From: Collinsella sp. | GTDB lineage: Bacteria > Actinomycetota > Coriobacteriia > Coriobacteriales > Coriobacteriaceae | Length of the DNA: 64,000 bases | Assembly: GCA_048236535.1 (NCBI GenBank) | Contig: DBFAQQ010000037.1 | Location: 20,776-84,775 of the forward strand | Direction of reading: 5' to 3' | Shown: positions 51,671 through 60,698 of the stretch, piece after piece | Position numbering within the stretch: position 1 is the stretch's first letter | How the letters are laid out: each line of letters starts with the position of its first letter | Notes under the pieces: generated by a model | Told to the model about the DNA's origin: nothing | The model's database searches: none | The model's input: only the letters and a program-made list of their open reading frames with translations | Program-made: the position numbers and the translations under genes

Positions 51671-53212
51671 CTAGATGTTGAGCGTGTGATAGTTCACGCT
51701 CGCACCCGGAGCGTCAACGGTCACGCCATAGGCCTCGGGATAGATGCGCGTCGAAAACACGAGCGCGCCATCATTCACAAACACCTCGACCGACGAGACA
51801 TCGCCAACAATACGCACGTTGCGCACCTCATCGACGGGCTCCCAGCGCACGGTACGACCGCAGCCGGCAGAAGCGCGGCCCTCATCGGTAAATCGCATCT
51901 CAAAGCGCGAGGGCAGCTCGCCCCCAGCGGGCACAAACGCCAGCTTCAGCTCGCCATCAACGGTTGCGGAAAACGCACCGTCGACACCGTCAACAACAAC
52001 GTCAAAGCAGGTATCGCCGGCAACCTCCAACGAGCCCTCCCCCACACGCACCGAAGCATAATGGCGCACGATCTCGCGCGCCGGCTGCTGCAGTACATTG
52101 CCGTCCGGACCGGCCGTAAGCTCACGCGGCACTGTCATGCAGTGCTGCCAGCCGCACGCCACGGTGGGCGCATTGTCATAGGTCGGCTCATCGGGCATGC
52201 CCATCCAGCCAATCAGAATGTGGCGACCATCCTCGGCCGTGAACTCCTGCGGAGCATAGAAGTCAAAGCCGGCGTCCCACAGGCGGAACTCGCCCAGCTC
52301 ATAAGCGCCCTTGCCTCCCGTAATGTTACCCGTAACGGGCATGTAGCCCGCTGCATACACATTGCCGCGGTCCCAACGGTCGCCCTCGAGCCCCTGGGGA
52401 GAGAAGGACAAGTACTTCGCCGGTACGCCGCAATCCGCCTCGAGCTCCAAATACCCCGGGCACTCCCACATAAAGCCAAAACGCTCGGGCGTAGACACGC
52501 GGCTCTCGAGCTCCCAACTCAGCATATCGGCCGAGCCATACACCAGGATCTCGCCCACATCGCGCCCGGCACCCTCGCCGTGCATGGCGCAAAATCGACT
52601 ATCGACATGCGGCCCATCCACGCGACGACGCGCGCCCAGCACCATGTGATAACGCCCGTCCGCGTCATGCCACACCTTGGGATCGCGCACATGGCAGGTC
52701 AAATCCTCGGGATAATCCTCGGACGCCAGCACCACGCGCTTTTGGCTGAACTCCCGACCGACAAGGCCATCAACGCTCTCGACATAAACAGTATCGGCGC
52801 GGCGGCCGGTATTGACGTAGTCGTATGTGCCGTCCGCATCGGAAAGCTTAACGTTGCCCGTATAGAGCACGCGAATGCGACCGTCCTCGGCAAGCGCGGA
52901 GCCCGAATACACGCCATGGCAATCGAACGGCTCGTCAGGCAACAGCGGGGCGCCAACGTAGTCCCACGTCATAAGGTCGCGGCTCGTCGCATGACCCCAG
53001 GCCTTAACGCCACCCCCGACATCAAACGGCGCATATTGAAAATAGGCATGGAACACGCCGCCCGCCTGACAAAGACCATTGGGATCGTTGAGCCAGCCCG
53101 CCGGCGGCATAATGTGGAAATGCTGGCCATACGCGCCATGACCGCACTCAGAGGCGGCAGCGTCAACAGCGGCAACCAGCTTTGCAAGGTCGCGACCAAG
53201 TGCATTAGACAT
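51671..53212 (-). CDS. scrB: Sucrose-6-phosphate hydrolase (GH32)
   Basis: WLNDPNG, RDPKV, MWECP, DFYAPQ. Confidence 0.92.
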   Translation of the reverse strand: MSNALGRDLAKLVAAVDAAASECGHGAYGQHFHIMPPAGWLNDPNGLCQAGGVFHAYFQYAPFDVGGGVKAWGHATSRDLMTWDYVGAPLLPDEPFDCHGVYSGSALAEDGRIRVLYTGNVKLSDADGTYDYVNTGRRADTVYVESVDGLVGREFSQKRVVLASEDYPEDLTCHVRDPKVWHDADGRYHMVLGARRRVDGPHVDSRFCAMHGEGAGRDVGEILVYGSADMLSWELESRVSTPERFGFMWECPGYLELEADCGVPAKYLSFSPQGLEGDRWDRGNVYAAGYMPVTGNITGGKGAYELGEFRLWDAGFDFYAPQEFTAEDGRHILIGWMGMPDEPTYDNAPTVACGWQHCMTVPRELTAGPDGNVLQQPAREIVRHYASVRVGEGSLEVAGDTCFDVVVDGVDGAFSATVDGELKLAFVPAGGELPSRFEMRFTDEGRASAGCGRTVRWEPVDEVRNVRIVGDVSSVEVFVNDGALVFSTRIYPEAYGVTVDAPGASVNYHTLNI

Positions 53213-53319
53213 ATCAAAGTCCTAACGGATCGAAAGTAACAAAGCACCAGAGATCGGCGCCAGATGCGGGAAACACCCGCGGGCATACAGCCCGCGGGCA
53301 TTCCCTTAATCAAAAGCTC

Positions 53320-54720
53320 TTAGGCCTGCTCGGAAGCCTTGGGCTCGTCCTGGTACAGGACAAACGAGACGGCAAAGGAAACCAGCGCGGCGACCGCAAA
53401 CATGATCGCGTACTGCAAGGGCTGGGCCAGGCACAGCAGGATACCGAAGATACCGGTAACGCCCGTGCCGGAGGCGGCCAGCGAAGTGAGCGCGCAGACC
53501 AGGGCACCGCAACCGGCGCCGATGCAGCCGGCGATGAAGGGCTTAAAGAAGCGCAGGTTCACACCGAAGATGGCAGGCTCGGTAATGCCCATGAAGGCGG
53601 ACAGGGCCGAAGGAAGCGCCAGGCCCTTGATCTTGGCATCGCGGGTCTTAAAGGCAACGGCGAGCGCGGCACCACCCTGGGCGATGTTGGCAGCACTGGC
53701 GATGGGCAGCCAGTAGGTCACGCCGTACTGGGCAAGCTGGCCCAGGTCGATGGCGGTGTACATCTGGTGGATACCGGTAACGACCGTGGGAGCATAGAAC
53801 AGGCCGACGATAAAGGAACCGATGCCGAAGGGCAGGGTGAGCAGGGCCTGAATCAGGCCGAGGATGGCGTTCTCGGCCCAGACAAAGACGGGTCCGACGG
53901 CAACAAGGGTCACGAGCACGGTCACGAACACCGAGACAAGCGGGGTCACAAAGAGGTCGAACATCTCGGGGACAACCTTGTGCAGGCGCTTCTCGAGGAA
54001 GGCGAGAATGGCGCAGGCGATGACGATGGGGATAACGTGGCCCTGATAGCCGACCCACTCAAAGCTGTACACGCCGGGGATGACGGTGACCATGGTCTGC
54101 ACGCCCTCGGAGGCAACCGTGTAGGCGCTCTGCAGCGAGGAGTTGATGAACGCACCGCCGACGACGGCACCAAGATACGGGTTGGCGCCAAAGGCCTTAG
54201 CGGCGGAGTAACCGATCAGGATCTGCAGAATGCCAAAAGACGTTCCCGAGACCAGGTCGGCGATCTTGTAGATAAAGTTATTGGTATCGAGCGCGATAAA
54301 GCCGTTGGAGGCCATAAAGTTGAGGGCGCTCATAATGCCCAGCAGCAGGCCCGAAGCCACGATGGCGGGGATGATGGGGACAAAGACGTCGCCGAGCACC
54401 TTAATGGCACGCATAAAGATGTTCTGCTGCTGCGCCGCGGCCTCCTTGACCTCGGCCTTGGTGGCAGCCTCGACGCCGCTGAGCGCAATGAACTCGTCGT
54501 AGACCTTGTTGACGGTGCCGGTGCCAAAAATAATCTGGAGCTGGCCCTGGGCCTCAAAGACGCCCTTGGCGCCGTCGATATTCTCAAGGGCCTCCTTGTC
54601 GACCTTGGCGTTATCGGCAATCACCAGACGCAGACGCGTGGCGCAGTGTGCGGCCGAAACAACGTTGCCGGCGCCACCGATGTTGACGAGCACCTCTTGG
54701 GCTGATTTGCGGTAGTCCAT
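53320..54720 (-). CDS. scrA: PTS sucrose-type EIIBC
   Basis: HCATRLR, GITEPAIFG; next to a GH32 gene. Confidence 0.9.
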   Translation of the reverse strand: MDYRKSAQEVLVNIGGAGNVVSAAHCATRLRLVIADNAKVDKEALENIDGAKGVFEAQGQLQIIFGTGTVNKVYDEFIALSGVEAATKAEVKEAAAQQQNIFMRAIKVLGDVFVPIIPAIVASGLLLGIMSALNFMASNGFIALDTNNFIYKIADLVSGTSFGILQILIGYSAAKAFGANPYLGAVVGGAFINSSLQSAYTVASEGVQTMVTVIPGVYSFEWVGYQGHVIPIVIACAILAFLEKRLHKVVPEMFDLFVTPLVSVFVTVLVTLVAVGPVFVWAENAILGLIQALLTLPFGIGSFIVGLFYAPTVVTGIHQMYTAIDLGQLAQYGVTYWLPIASAANIAQGGAALAVAFKTRDAKIKGLALPSALSAFMGITEPAIFGVNLRFFKPFIAGCIGAGCGALVCALTSLAASGTGVTGIFGILLCLAQPLQYAIMFAVAALVSFAVSFVLYQDEPKASEQA

Positions 54721-54776
54721 GACTTCCCTTTCCTCCAACGGGCGCATCTGCACCCGGCCATCTTTGACACTTACAC

Positions 54777-54816
54777 TGTAATCGTTTTCAGTTTCATATG
54801 TCTGTAATCGTTTTCA
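54777..54816. promoter_or_regulatory. Two LacI-family operators upstream of scrA
   Basis: TGTAATCGTTTTCA repeated at 54777 and 54803 (pseudo-palindrome with central CG). Confidence 0.8.
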
Positions 54817-54904
54817 TAGTAGGGTGAACGGTAGGAAAAAGCCGGCGAATGGTAGTTTTGAGACAAAAACTGGGGACTCAAAGGCAGGCAGACGCGTCCA
54901 AGGC

Positions 54905-55885
54905 CTAGACATTCATGAGCTGATGCCCAAGTTTGAGCGTCTTGAGACCGCTCTCCCCTTCCTCGCCATCGAGCGTATTGAGCAACATATTGGTCGCCTC
55001 GACGCCACTGGTCAGGTAGCCATAATGCACGGTGGGAATGCCGCCCGTCAGCGCGCGCAAAAACGCGTTGTCGCCAAAACCACTCACGCGGTGTATACCC
55101 TCGCCCATGCCGCGAACCTCATCGATGGCACGCAGCGCGCCCGCCGCCATGGTATCGGTCGCGCAGGCGATAAACGAAACATCGGGAGCGACGGAAAGCA
55201 GCTCACGCGCCGCACAATAGCCCGAGTCGAGCGTAAAGGACCCCTGGCGAATCAGGCTCGGATCAAGCGCCACGCCCGCGGCGCGCAAGCCAGCCTCAAA
55301 ACCGCGACGGCGGTCATAACCGGCCGCGCGGTCCTCTTCGGTAACTCCAATATAGGCAATCTTGCCGTCCACGCGGCCCGCAAGCGCATAGCCCAGCTCA
55401 AAGGCGGCCTCGTAATCGTCGTGATAGACGCACGCCGCGCCCTCAACATTCTGGCCGATCAGCACGATGGGCACGCGGCACGACTCAATCGCCCGACGGT
55501 GCTCGTCGGTAATCATAGTTGCCACCAGCACAATGCCATCGACCGGGTGGTTTTGGAATAAATCGAGGTATTCGAGCTCGCGATCAGCCGCGTTGTCGGT
55601 ATTGGCAAGCAGCATCTGGTAGCCACGGTGACCGAGCACCTGGCCAATGCCGGCGGTAATGCGGCTCACGGACTCCGAGTTGATCTTGGGCACGATGACG
55701 CCGATGAGCTTGGTGGAGCCGGTGCGCAGCGCGCGAGCCTGGCTGGACCGCACGTATCCAGTCAGCTCAATCGCCTTCTTAATGCGCTCGGCCTTGTCCG
55801 TCGATATGTAGCCACCGTTGAGGTAGCGCGAGACGGCGGCGCTCGAAACACCGGCCAACTCGGCCACATCCTTCATCTTAACCAC
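54905..55885 (-). CDS. scrR: LacI-family sucrose operon repressor
   Basis: MKDVAELAGVS.AAVSRYLN HTH plus sugar-binding domain; context. Confidence 0.88.
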   Translation of the reverse strand: MVKMKDVAELAGVSSAAVSRYLNGGYISTDKAERIKKAIELTGYVRSSQARALRTGSTKLIGVIVPKINSESVSRITAGIGQVLGHRGYQMLLANTDNAADRELEYLDLFQNHPVDGIVLVATMITDEHRRAIESCRVPIVLIGQNVEGAACVYHDDYEAAFELGYALAGRVDGKIAYIGVTEEDRAAGYDRRRGFEAGLRAAGVALDPSLIRQGSFTLDSGYCAARELLSVAPDVSFIACATDTMAAGALRAIDEVRGMGEGIHRVSGFGDNAFLRALTGGIPTVHYGYLTSGVEATNMLLNTLDGEEGESGLKTLKLGHQLMNV

Positions 55886-56106
55886 GAGCACCCCTGTCTT
55901 TGAAATCGCTTTCACCATGATACCCGTGAGGAGCGACATGCGCGTCGCAAGACAGGACGTCACGGTCAATTTAGCTGTCGTATCACGGGCATCGCAGGGC
56001 TTCAACTAGAAGCTTCGAAATATAAGTGCCGAATCAGTCAAACTGCCGATTCGGCACCCCGTTACATTTGCACACAGTGGCATGCAAAATCCAACTCGGG
56101 AACAAC

Positions 56107-56556
56107 TTACTCACTTTGGAAAGAGGCATCGCTGTCCGCTGCCAATTCCGAAGGAAGAATTGCCGGCAGTGTCAAAGCCCCCATGGGCGAAAGTCCAGTA
56201 ACGACCATCAGATAGCTCTTAGCGTGACCATACGCCATGGAAATCGCATTAGAGAGAAGATAACGGCGCGCTTCATCGTCTGAAATGTCGAACGGCATTT
56301 TTGTTGACACCGAAATAGCAACCGTCACATCAGCGCGCATTTTTTCCTTTGCATCGTCTCTATCAATCAGACTGCCACACACATACAGCTTTAAGTCTGC
56401 ACGCTCGCCCGCCTTGTTCCTCAATAGATGGACGTCCTGATAGCTAACGTCAACTTTTAAATCCATATTCTGGGAGGGATCATTCTCAATATGAAAAGTT
56501 GAGTCGACAACAAACAAATGAACAACCTGAATAGGCGCAATGAAATCCTTGCTCAT
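56107..56556 (-). CDS. SecB-like chaperone (TAC-1)
   Basis: 149 aa, beta-rich N half, NAISMAYGHAKSYL..VT......LTLP.I matches the SecB helix pattern; third gene of a TA operon. Confidence 0.75.
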   Translation of the reverse strand: MSKDFIAPIQVVHLFVVDSTFHIENDPSQNMDLKVDVSYQDVHLLRNKAGERADLKLYVCGSLIDRDDAKEKMRADVTVAISVSTKMPFDISDDEARRYLLSNAISMAYGHAKSYLMVVTGLSPMGALTLPAILPSELAADSDASFQSE

Positions 56557-56945
56557 GCAGCCAAACCTCCCGGAATCATCTCAAAGTTCAATCGTTTCGC
56601 CGAGCAGTCGCTGTTAAATGAAGACCATTGTTCTCGGACAGAATTATTAGACGAAGAAAACGGCGCCTCATTCGAATAACTGGAAATGACCTGTGGAATA
56701 ATTTTGATACCCAACGCAAGCTCAAACTTTGCGATTGTTTTCAGCGTCATGTTGGGCTGAGAATTCAACAATTTCGAAAGCGACTGAAGACTCACGCCCA
56801 TACGCTTTGCCAGCTCGCTTTTACTCAAGCCCGAGCGCTGCATCTCGCGATGAACAATAAACTCAATATCTAGTGCGTGCTCATAGGCACGGGTTTCGCT
56901 CGTTTCCGTTTCCGCGTAAAAGTCTGATAAATCGACCTTAACCAT
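56553..56945 (-). CDS. XRE-HTH antitoxin (HigA-like) with a ~45-aa C-terminal tail (TAC-1)
   Basis: GLSKSELAKRMGVS...SKLL....NMTLKTI.K...ALG; Ser-rich tail ending GGLAA. Confidence 0.82.
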   Translation of the reverse strand: MVKVDLSDFYAETETSETRAYEHALDIEFIVHREMQRSGLSKSELAKRMGVSLQSLSKLLNSQPNMTLKTIAKFELALGIKIIPQVISSYSNEAPFSSSNNSVREQWSSFNSDCSAKRLNFEMIPGGLAA

Positions 56946-56983
56946 TACAAGTCTCCATTTCGTAAGCGGGCAAAAAGCCGACG

Positions 56984-57391
56984 CTATGACTCCAAAAGCT
57001 GCTTTGCTATCGGGGCCAACTGTTTTGCGCGTTTAATTTCTTTGGAAATATTTCCCGAGCCTTGATGGCCCTTAAACCAAAAAAGCAAAACAATCTTGTC
57101 CACGCCTTGGCAAATCGCGTAGACCATTTCTCGATTAACCCCATCAAAACCCTTGAGTTCGTATAGCCCAATCTTAGGCTCGATACATCGAAGCTTTGAC
57201 GTTCCAGTGACATCCTTAAGCCCGTAATCATAGATTTTTGAAATCTGATTGATCATTTTACGGGCGGTAAACTTCGTTTTAGGATCAGACATCATCTTCT
57301 GAAACTGAGAGTTCTCAGGGGAGGTGGTTAGTTCCCAAAAAGGTCGTCCCTCGGGATCAGCATATTCGACAAGCTCATAGTCACTAGCCAA
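56984..57391 (-). CDS. RelE/HigB (Gp49-like) toxin (TAC-1)
   Basis: Y...EG.P, LYELK, R..Y, IVLL..F, EIKRA; precedes an HTH gene. Confidence 0.75.
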   Translation of the reverse strand: MASDYELVEYADPEGRPFWELTTSPENSQFQKMMSDPKTKFTARKMINQISKIYDYGLKDVTGTSKLRCIEPKIGLYELKGFDGVNREMVYAICQGVDKIVLLFWFKGHQGSGNISKEIKRAKQLAPIAKQLLES

Positions 57392-57428
57392 AGGCCACCC
57401 CCTCCGCTTCAGAAGAAACCAAATATGG

Positions 57429-57471
57429 TTAACTTATAAGTTAAGTTTAGTCAAATTCAAATATATGGCAA
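57429..57471 (-). promoter_or_regulatory. TAC-1 promoter and palindromic operator
   Basis: TTGCCA-N16-TAAACT followed by the perfect palindrome TTAACTTATAAGTTAA (57429-57444). Confidence 0.7.
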
Positions 57472-57649
57472 GCCCCAAGCCGTGTTCAAGCAATCTGCAT
57501 TATTGACTCAGAGAAATGTGGGAAAGAAGCGGCAGAAACTACATTGTCAAATAAAGTCCCCAGCGAAGTGCCCGAACTTTTATGGTGACCAACAACATAC
57601 CTAGAAGACGAAGGCAAGGCACGCAACCACCCAGTCACCGTGGCCGGTC

Positions 57650-58090
57650 TTAGGGAGCGCGGCGGTTTGCGTTGTTGCGGGCTAGGTCTTCTTGGCAGTC
57701 TTGGTCGCAGGCGTCCGACTTGGGCGACGAATCAGCGTGGGGGGGCGGGTTTTCGCTGGGCTTGGTCTCATCACCGGGCTTTTCTTCGCTACCGGGCTTT
57801 GTATCCCCCGCGGGATTGCCGCCGGTGGGCTCATCGGTATCGGGCTGGGTCTTCCCCGCCGGCGGCTGGGCGCTTGTGGGTTCAATTACCACATGCTGAG
57901 CTACGGCCCCGCTGGCATCCATAGCACAGGCGGTACCAAAGGCCCCGCTCATCGGCGTCACAAACTGCGCCGACGTAAGTGAGCCACTCTCGCAGGCAGC
58001 ATCGGCTATGGCGCCGGTCGCGTCCACCCAGGAGGCGTCCACGGCAAACTGACCATCGGAGGCGTACAGGCCAAAGAAGCAGCAGTCCTC
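57650..58090 (-). pseudogene. Remnant of a cell-surface protein gene (Pro/Glu/Lys linker)
   Basis: PAGDTKPGSEEKPGDETKPSENPP linker, high GC, no clear start; alternate frame ends TKTAKKT. Confidence 0.45.
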
Positions 58091-58268
58091 ACCCGATCCG
58101 CTGCTAGCAGCAGCAACGTGCGAGCCCGTAGGTTGACTGCGTCAATACCGCTAGATTCACTCTAGTATCCTATCGAGTCCCAAAAGGTCAATCCAATTAA
58201 AGACGGCAGGCAGCCCAAAACAACATCTTTCATGAATCTCCAGTCCTATCAAGCCCGATCGAACTCGG

Positions 58269-58937
58269 CTATCCAACCAGATACGGCCCAATCACATCGA
58301 ATATCTCGCCAACCTTGGTTGCAGGGTTTTGCGCAGATGGCTTAACGTTACCCAGCCCCCTATGGTACGCGACGAGGCGCCCAGCACGCTCCAATGCTTC
58401 GCCTCGCCTATCATCCACTGCCCCAAACATCCCGTCCAGGTTCTTGCGGTACTCGATACCCAAGTTCTTCAACATCTCCTGCGCGAGGGCATGCTGGCAG
58501 TCGGACGCGGACATATGCGCGGTCGTGTAGCGAAAGTGCAGAAGAGGCCACAGCTCGAAGCAGGGGTTGGACCACAACGCGTGGAAAGTCTTCGAACCAT
58601 CAGAGAGCTCGTTGCACTTGCGCTCCATCGCATCAAAGTCGGACGCAGGGAAGTCATCCTTGTCATACACGAGCCACACGTGATCGAACGTCTCGGGCGC
58701 ATAGCGGCAGTGTTCGACGGCGAAGTCAAACAGGTCAAGCGTGTGTTTGCCGGTTCCCTTAACGACAATGGCAACCTTGCGCTCATTCGCCGCGCCCAAC
58801 GCCGCACGCACGCCCTCAAAGTAGCGAGGCTCGGTCTCCTTGCCCTCGCTCGCTACGAGATGACGTGTCATCTGAACCATGCGCGAGCGGCCCTCGCGCT
58901 TGCCACTGCGCCAGCCCTTCGACTTCTTCGCCACCAT
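58269..58937 (-). CDS. rloB: RloB family protein (Toprim-like; AbiLii-like)
   Basis: SEGKETEPRYF, VYDKDDF, SNPCFELW.LLHF, NPAT.V. Confidence 0.88.
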   Translation of the reverse strand: MVAKKSKGWRSGKREGRSRMVQMTRHLVASEGKETEPRYFEGVRAALGAANERKVAIVVKGTGKHTLDLFDFAVEHCRYAPETFDHVWLVYDKDDFPASDFDAMERKCNELSDGSKTFHALWSNPCFELWPLLHFRYTTAHMSASDCQHALAQEMLKNLGIEYRKNLDGMFGAVDDRRGEALERAGRLVAYHRGLGNVKPSAQNPATKVGEIFDVIGPYLVG

Positions 58938-58938
58938 G

Positions 58939-60156
58939 CTAATCCCACTCCTCGATGCGGGTGAGATACGGATCGGCGCCGTAGCGACCGGACAGGTATT
59001 GCTTGTCGAAAGCCGCGTTCTTGCTTACCAGATTACCGTTTGCCTCGTGGATGTCGGCGAGAGACCACAGTTGGCTCGCCTCGCCCTCGCCGCGTGCAGC
59101 GAACCATATCTCGTCGCGGCGGAACACGTCGTTTCGCATGGTTGACACGTCCTGAGACGAGAAGATGAGCTGCGCGCCACTCTTGTTGACCTCAGGATCC
59201 TTAAACAGCAGAATCACATAGCGAAGAAGCTTCGGGTGCAGTTTGGCGTCGAGCTCGTCTACCACAACGGTGCCTCCACGCTCAAGCGCTGTCATCAGAT
59301 ACGCAGCCAACCCCATGAGCTTCTGAGTGCCGGCAGATTCCTCGGATAAACGCAACTCGTACGCCTTGCCGCTCACCTCGTGCCTCACGAAGAGGCGCTG
59401 GCCGCGCCATTCCGGCGCCCTCTCCACTCTGAAGCCATCGATACGCACATCAACGGCGCGCAGAAAACGCGTGACCTCGGGCGAATCATCCTCGTTGAGC
59501 AACTGTTCGAGCATCCGCTCCAGATAGGAACTGTTATAGTTCAGAAACACTGCGTTGAGAAACCAGCTGGCCGCCTCCTTGACCACCGGCACATCAAAGT
59601 TGATGCAAAGGAACGATAGGTACGGCAGACTAGGGTTGAGCTTCGCTGCCGTCACAAGCTTGCGCAGCGTGGGACCGAGCAAAACCTCTGCACCCTCGCG
59701 CTCGAACAGCATCGCCGTACGCGACGCTCCCAATTTACGCCGCCACAGCCCTTCGGACACGATCTCATCGGCGTGTACGGACAAGGCATAGCGGTACTCG
59801 TGGTCACCAGCGCGGTAGTAGAGCTCGAACTCAGTGGGCTCGGCAGCAGACACGTCATCGAACCCGAACGCAGAACAACGGGGTATCGATGGACGATCAC
59901 CCTCTGGTGCATCAGCGCTGGCGAACAGTAATCTGATCGGTCTGGCCACCGCCGAACGAACGTAGTCGAGAGCCTCAAGCAGGTTAGACTTGCCGCCGGC
60001 GTTGGGCCCGTACACCGCAGCCACCGGAAGGAAACTCTGTCCATCTGGACACTCGATGAGGGAACGATCAAACTCCTTCATCGGAGTCGCCTGCATGGAA
60101 AGCTCCGCCTCGTCGCGATAGGATCTATAGTTCCTGAAGGTGAACTGGCAAAGCAT
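58939..60156 (-). CDS. AAA_21/ABC-type ATPase (RloA / AbiLi-like)
   Basis: F.NYRSY, YGPNAGGKSN, ESAGT, VVDELDAKLHP, RRDEIWF, YL.GRYGA.P. Confidence 0.88.
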   Translation of the reverse strand: MLCQFTFRNYRSYRDEAELSMQATPMKEFDRSLIECPDGQSFLPVAAVYGPNAGGKSNLLEALDYVRSAVARPIRLLFASADAPEGDRPSIPRCSAFGFDDVSAAEPTEFELYYRAGDHEYRYALSVHADEIVSEGLWRRKLGASRTAMLFEREGAEVLLGPTLRKLVTAAKLNPSLPYLSFLCINFDVPVVKEAASWFLNAVFLNYNSSYLERMLEQLLNEDDSPEVTRFLRAVDVRIDGFRVERAPEWRGQRLFVRHEVSGKAYELRLSEESAGTQKLMGLAAYLMTALERGGTVVVDELDAKLHPKLLRYVILLFKDPEVNKSGAQLIFSSQDVSTMRNDVFRRDEIWFAARGEGEASQLWSLADIHEANGNLVSKNAAFDKQYLSGRYGADPYLTRIEEWD

Positions 60157-60344
60157 TGTCCTCAACATTCCTTTCATTGTTTTAAAAAGGATATCAGAAT
60201 TTTTCTTTGATTATATACTTTAAGTATGCTAAATCAAGCGCTTGCTGCAGCCGCGACAGCAGACGTAAAGTGTCGAACCACCCACACTCAAGCATTCCAT
60301 TGCCTGAATGGCGCTTAGCCAGCACGTCAAACATTACATGCATT

Positions 60345-60424
60345 AAAAAAGGGCAACACTCTCTTGTCGAAAGCGTCACCCTTAAAGCTCCGGAAGAGCT
60401 TTTGTATTACATGTCGATATCCTA
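60345..60424 (-). ncRNA. Candidate small RNA 1 (two hairpins, intrinsic terminator)
   Basis: TAGGAT then AAAGCTC-ttccg-GAGCTTT and AAGGGTGACGCTTTC...GAGAGTGTTGCCCTTTTTT. Confidence 0.4.
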
Positions 60425-60570
60425 CACCATCTCAATGAGACGGAAGGGCACGTCTAGGCTGTCCGGCAAAAGTGCAGACAGACCCCCGCACTTCCGGAAA
60501 CGCGCTAAAACCAAGCGTCCGGAAGCGAAGAATACACCGAACGCCCCTTGGAAAACGGCCCTATAAACGC

Positions 60571-60667
60571 AAAAACCGCCTTTCGGCGGTTCCCACGGAC
60601 CAAGCCGGACGTACCGTCGCTAGGCCTCATCAAAGATTACTTTACGGAAGAGTCAGGCTGTGGTCAA
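60571..60667 (-). ncRNA. Candidate small RNA 2 with its own promoter and terminator
   Basis: TTGACC-N17-TAAAGT, ~60 nt, then AACCGCC-GAAA-GGCGGTTTTT. Confidence 0.5.
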
Positions 60668-60698
60668 TCATTTTTCAGGTTTGGGGACAAAGGTCGAG

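Noticed and set aside
55900..56100. att site or integrase at the island's left border
   Set aside because: No integrase, tRNA or direct repeat visible; the border is inferred only from composition
57480..57600. Possible 3' fragment of a plus-strand gene
   Set aside because: Too short, no start codon or recognisable motif
60194..60566. Short ORFs in the rloA-secB spacer (61 aa minus, 119 aa plus)
   Set aside because: No clear RBS or domain; they run through terminator and promoter motifs
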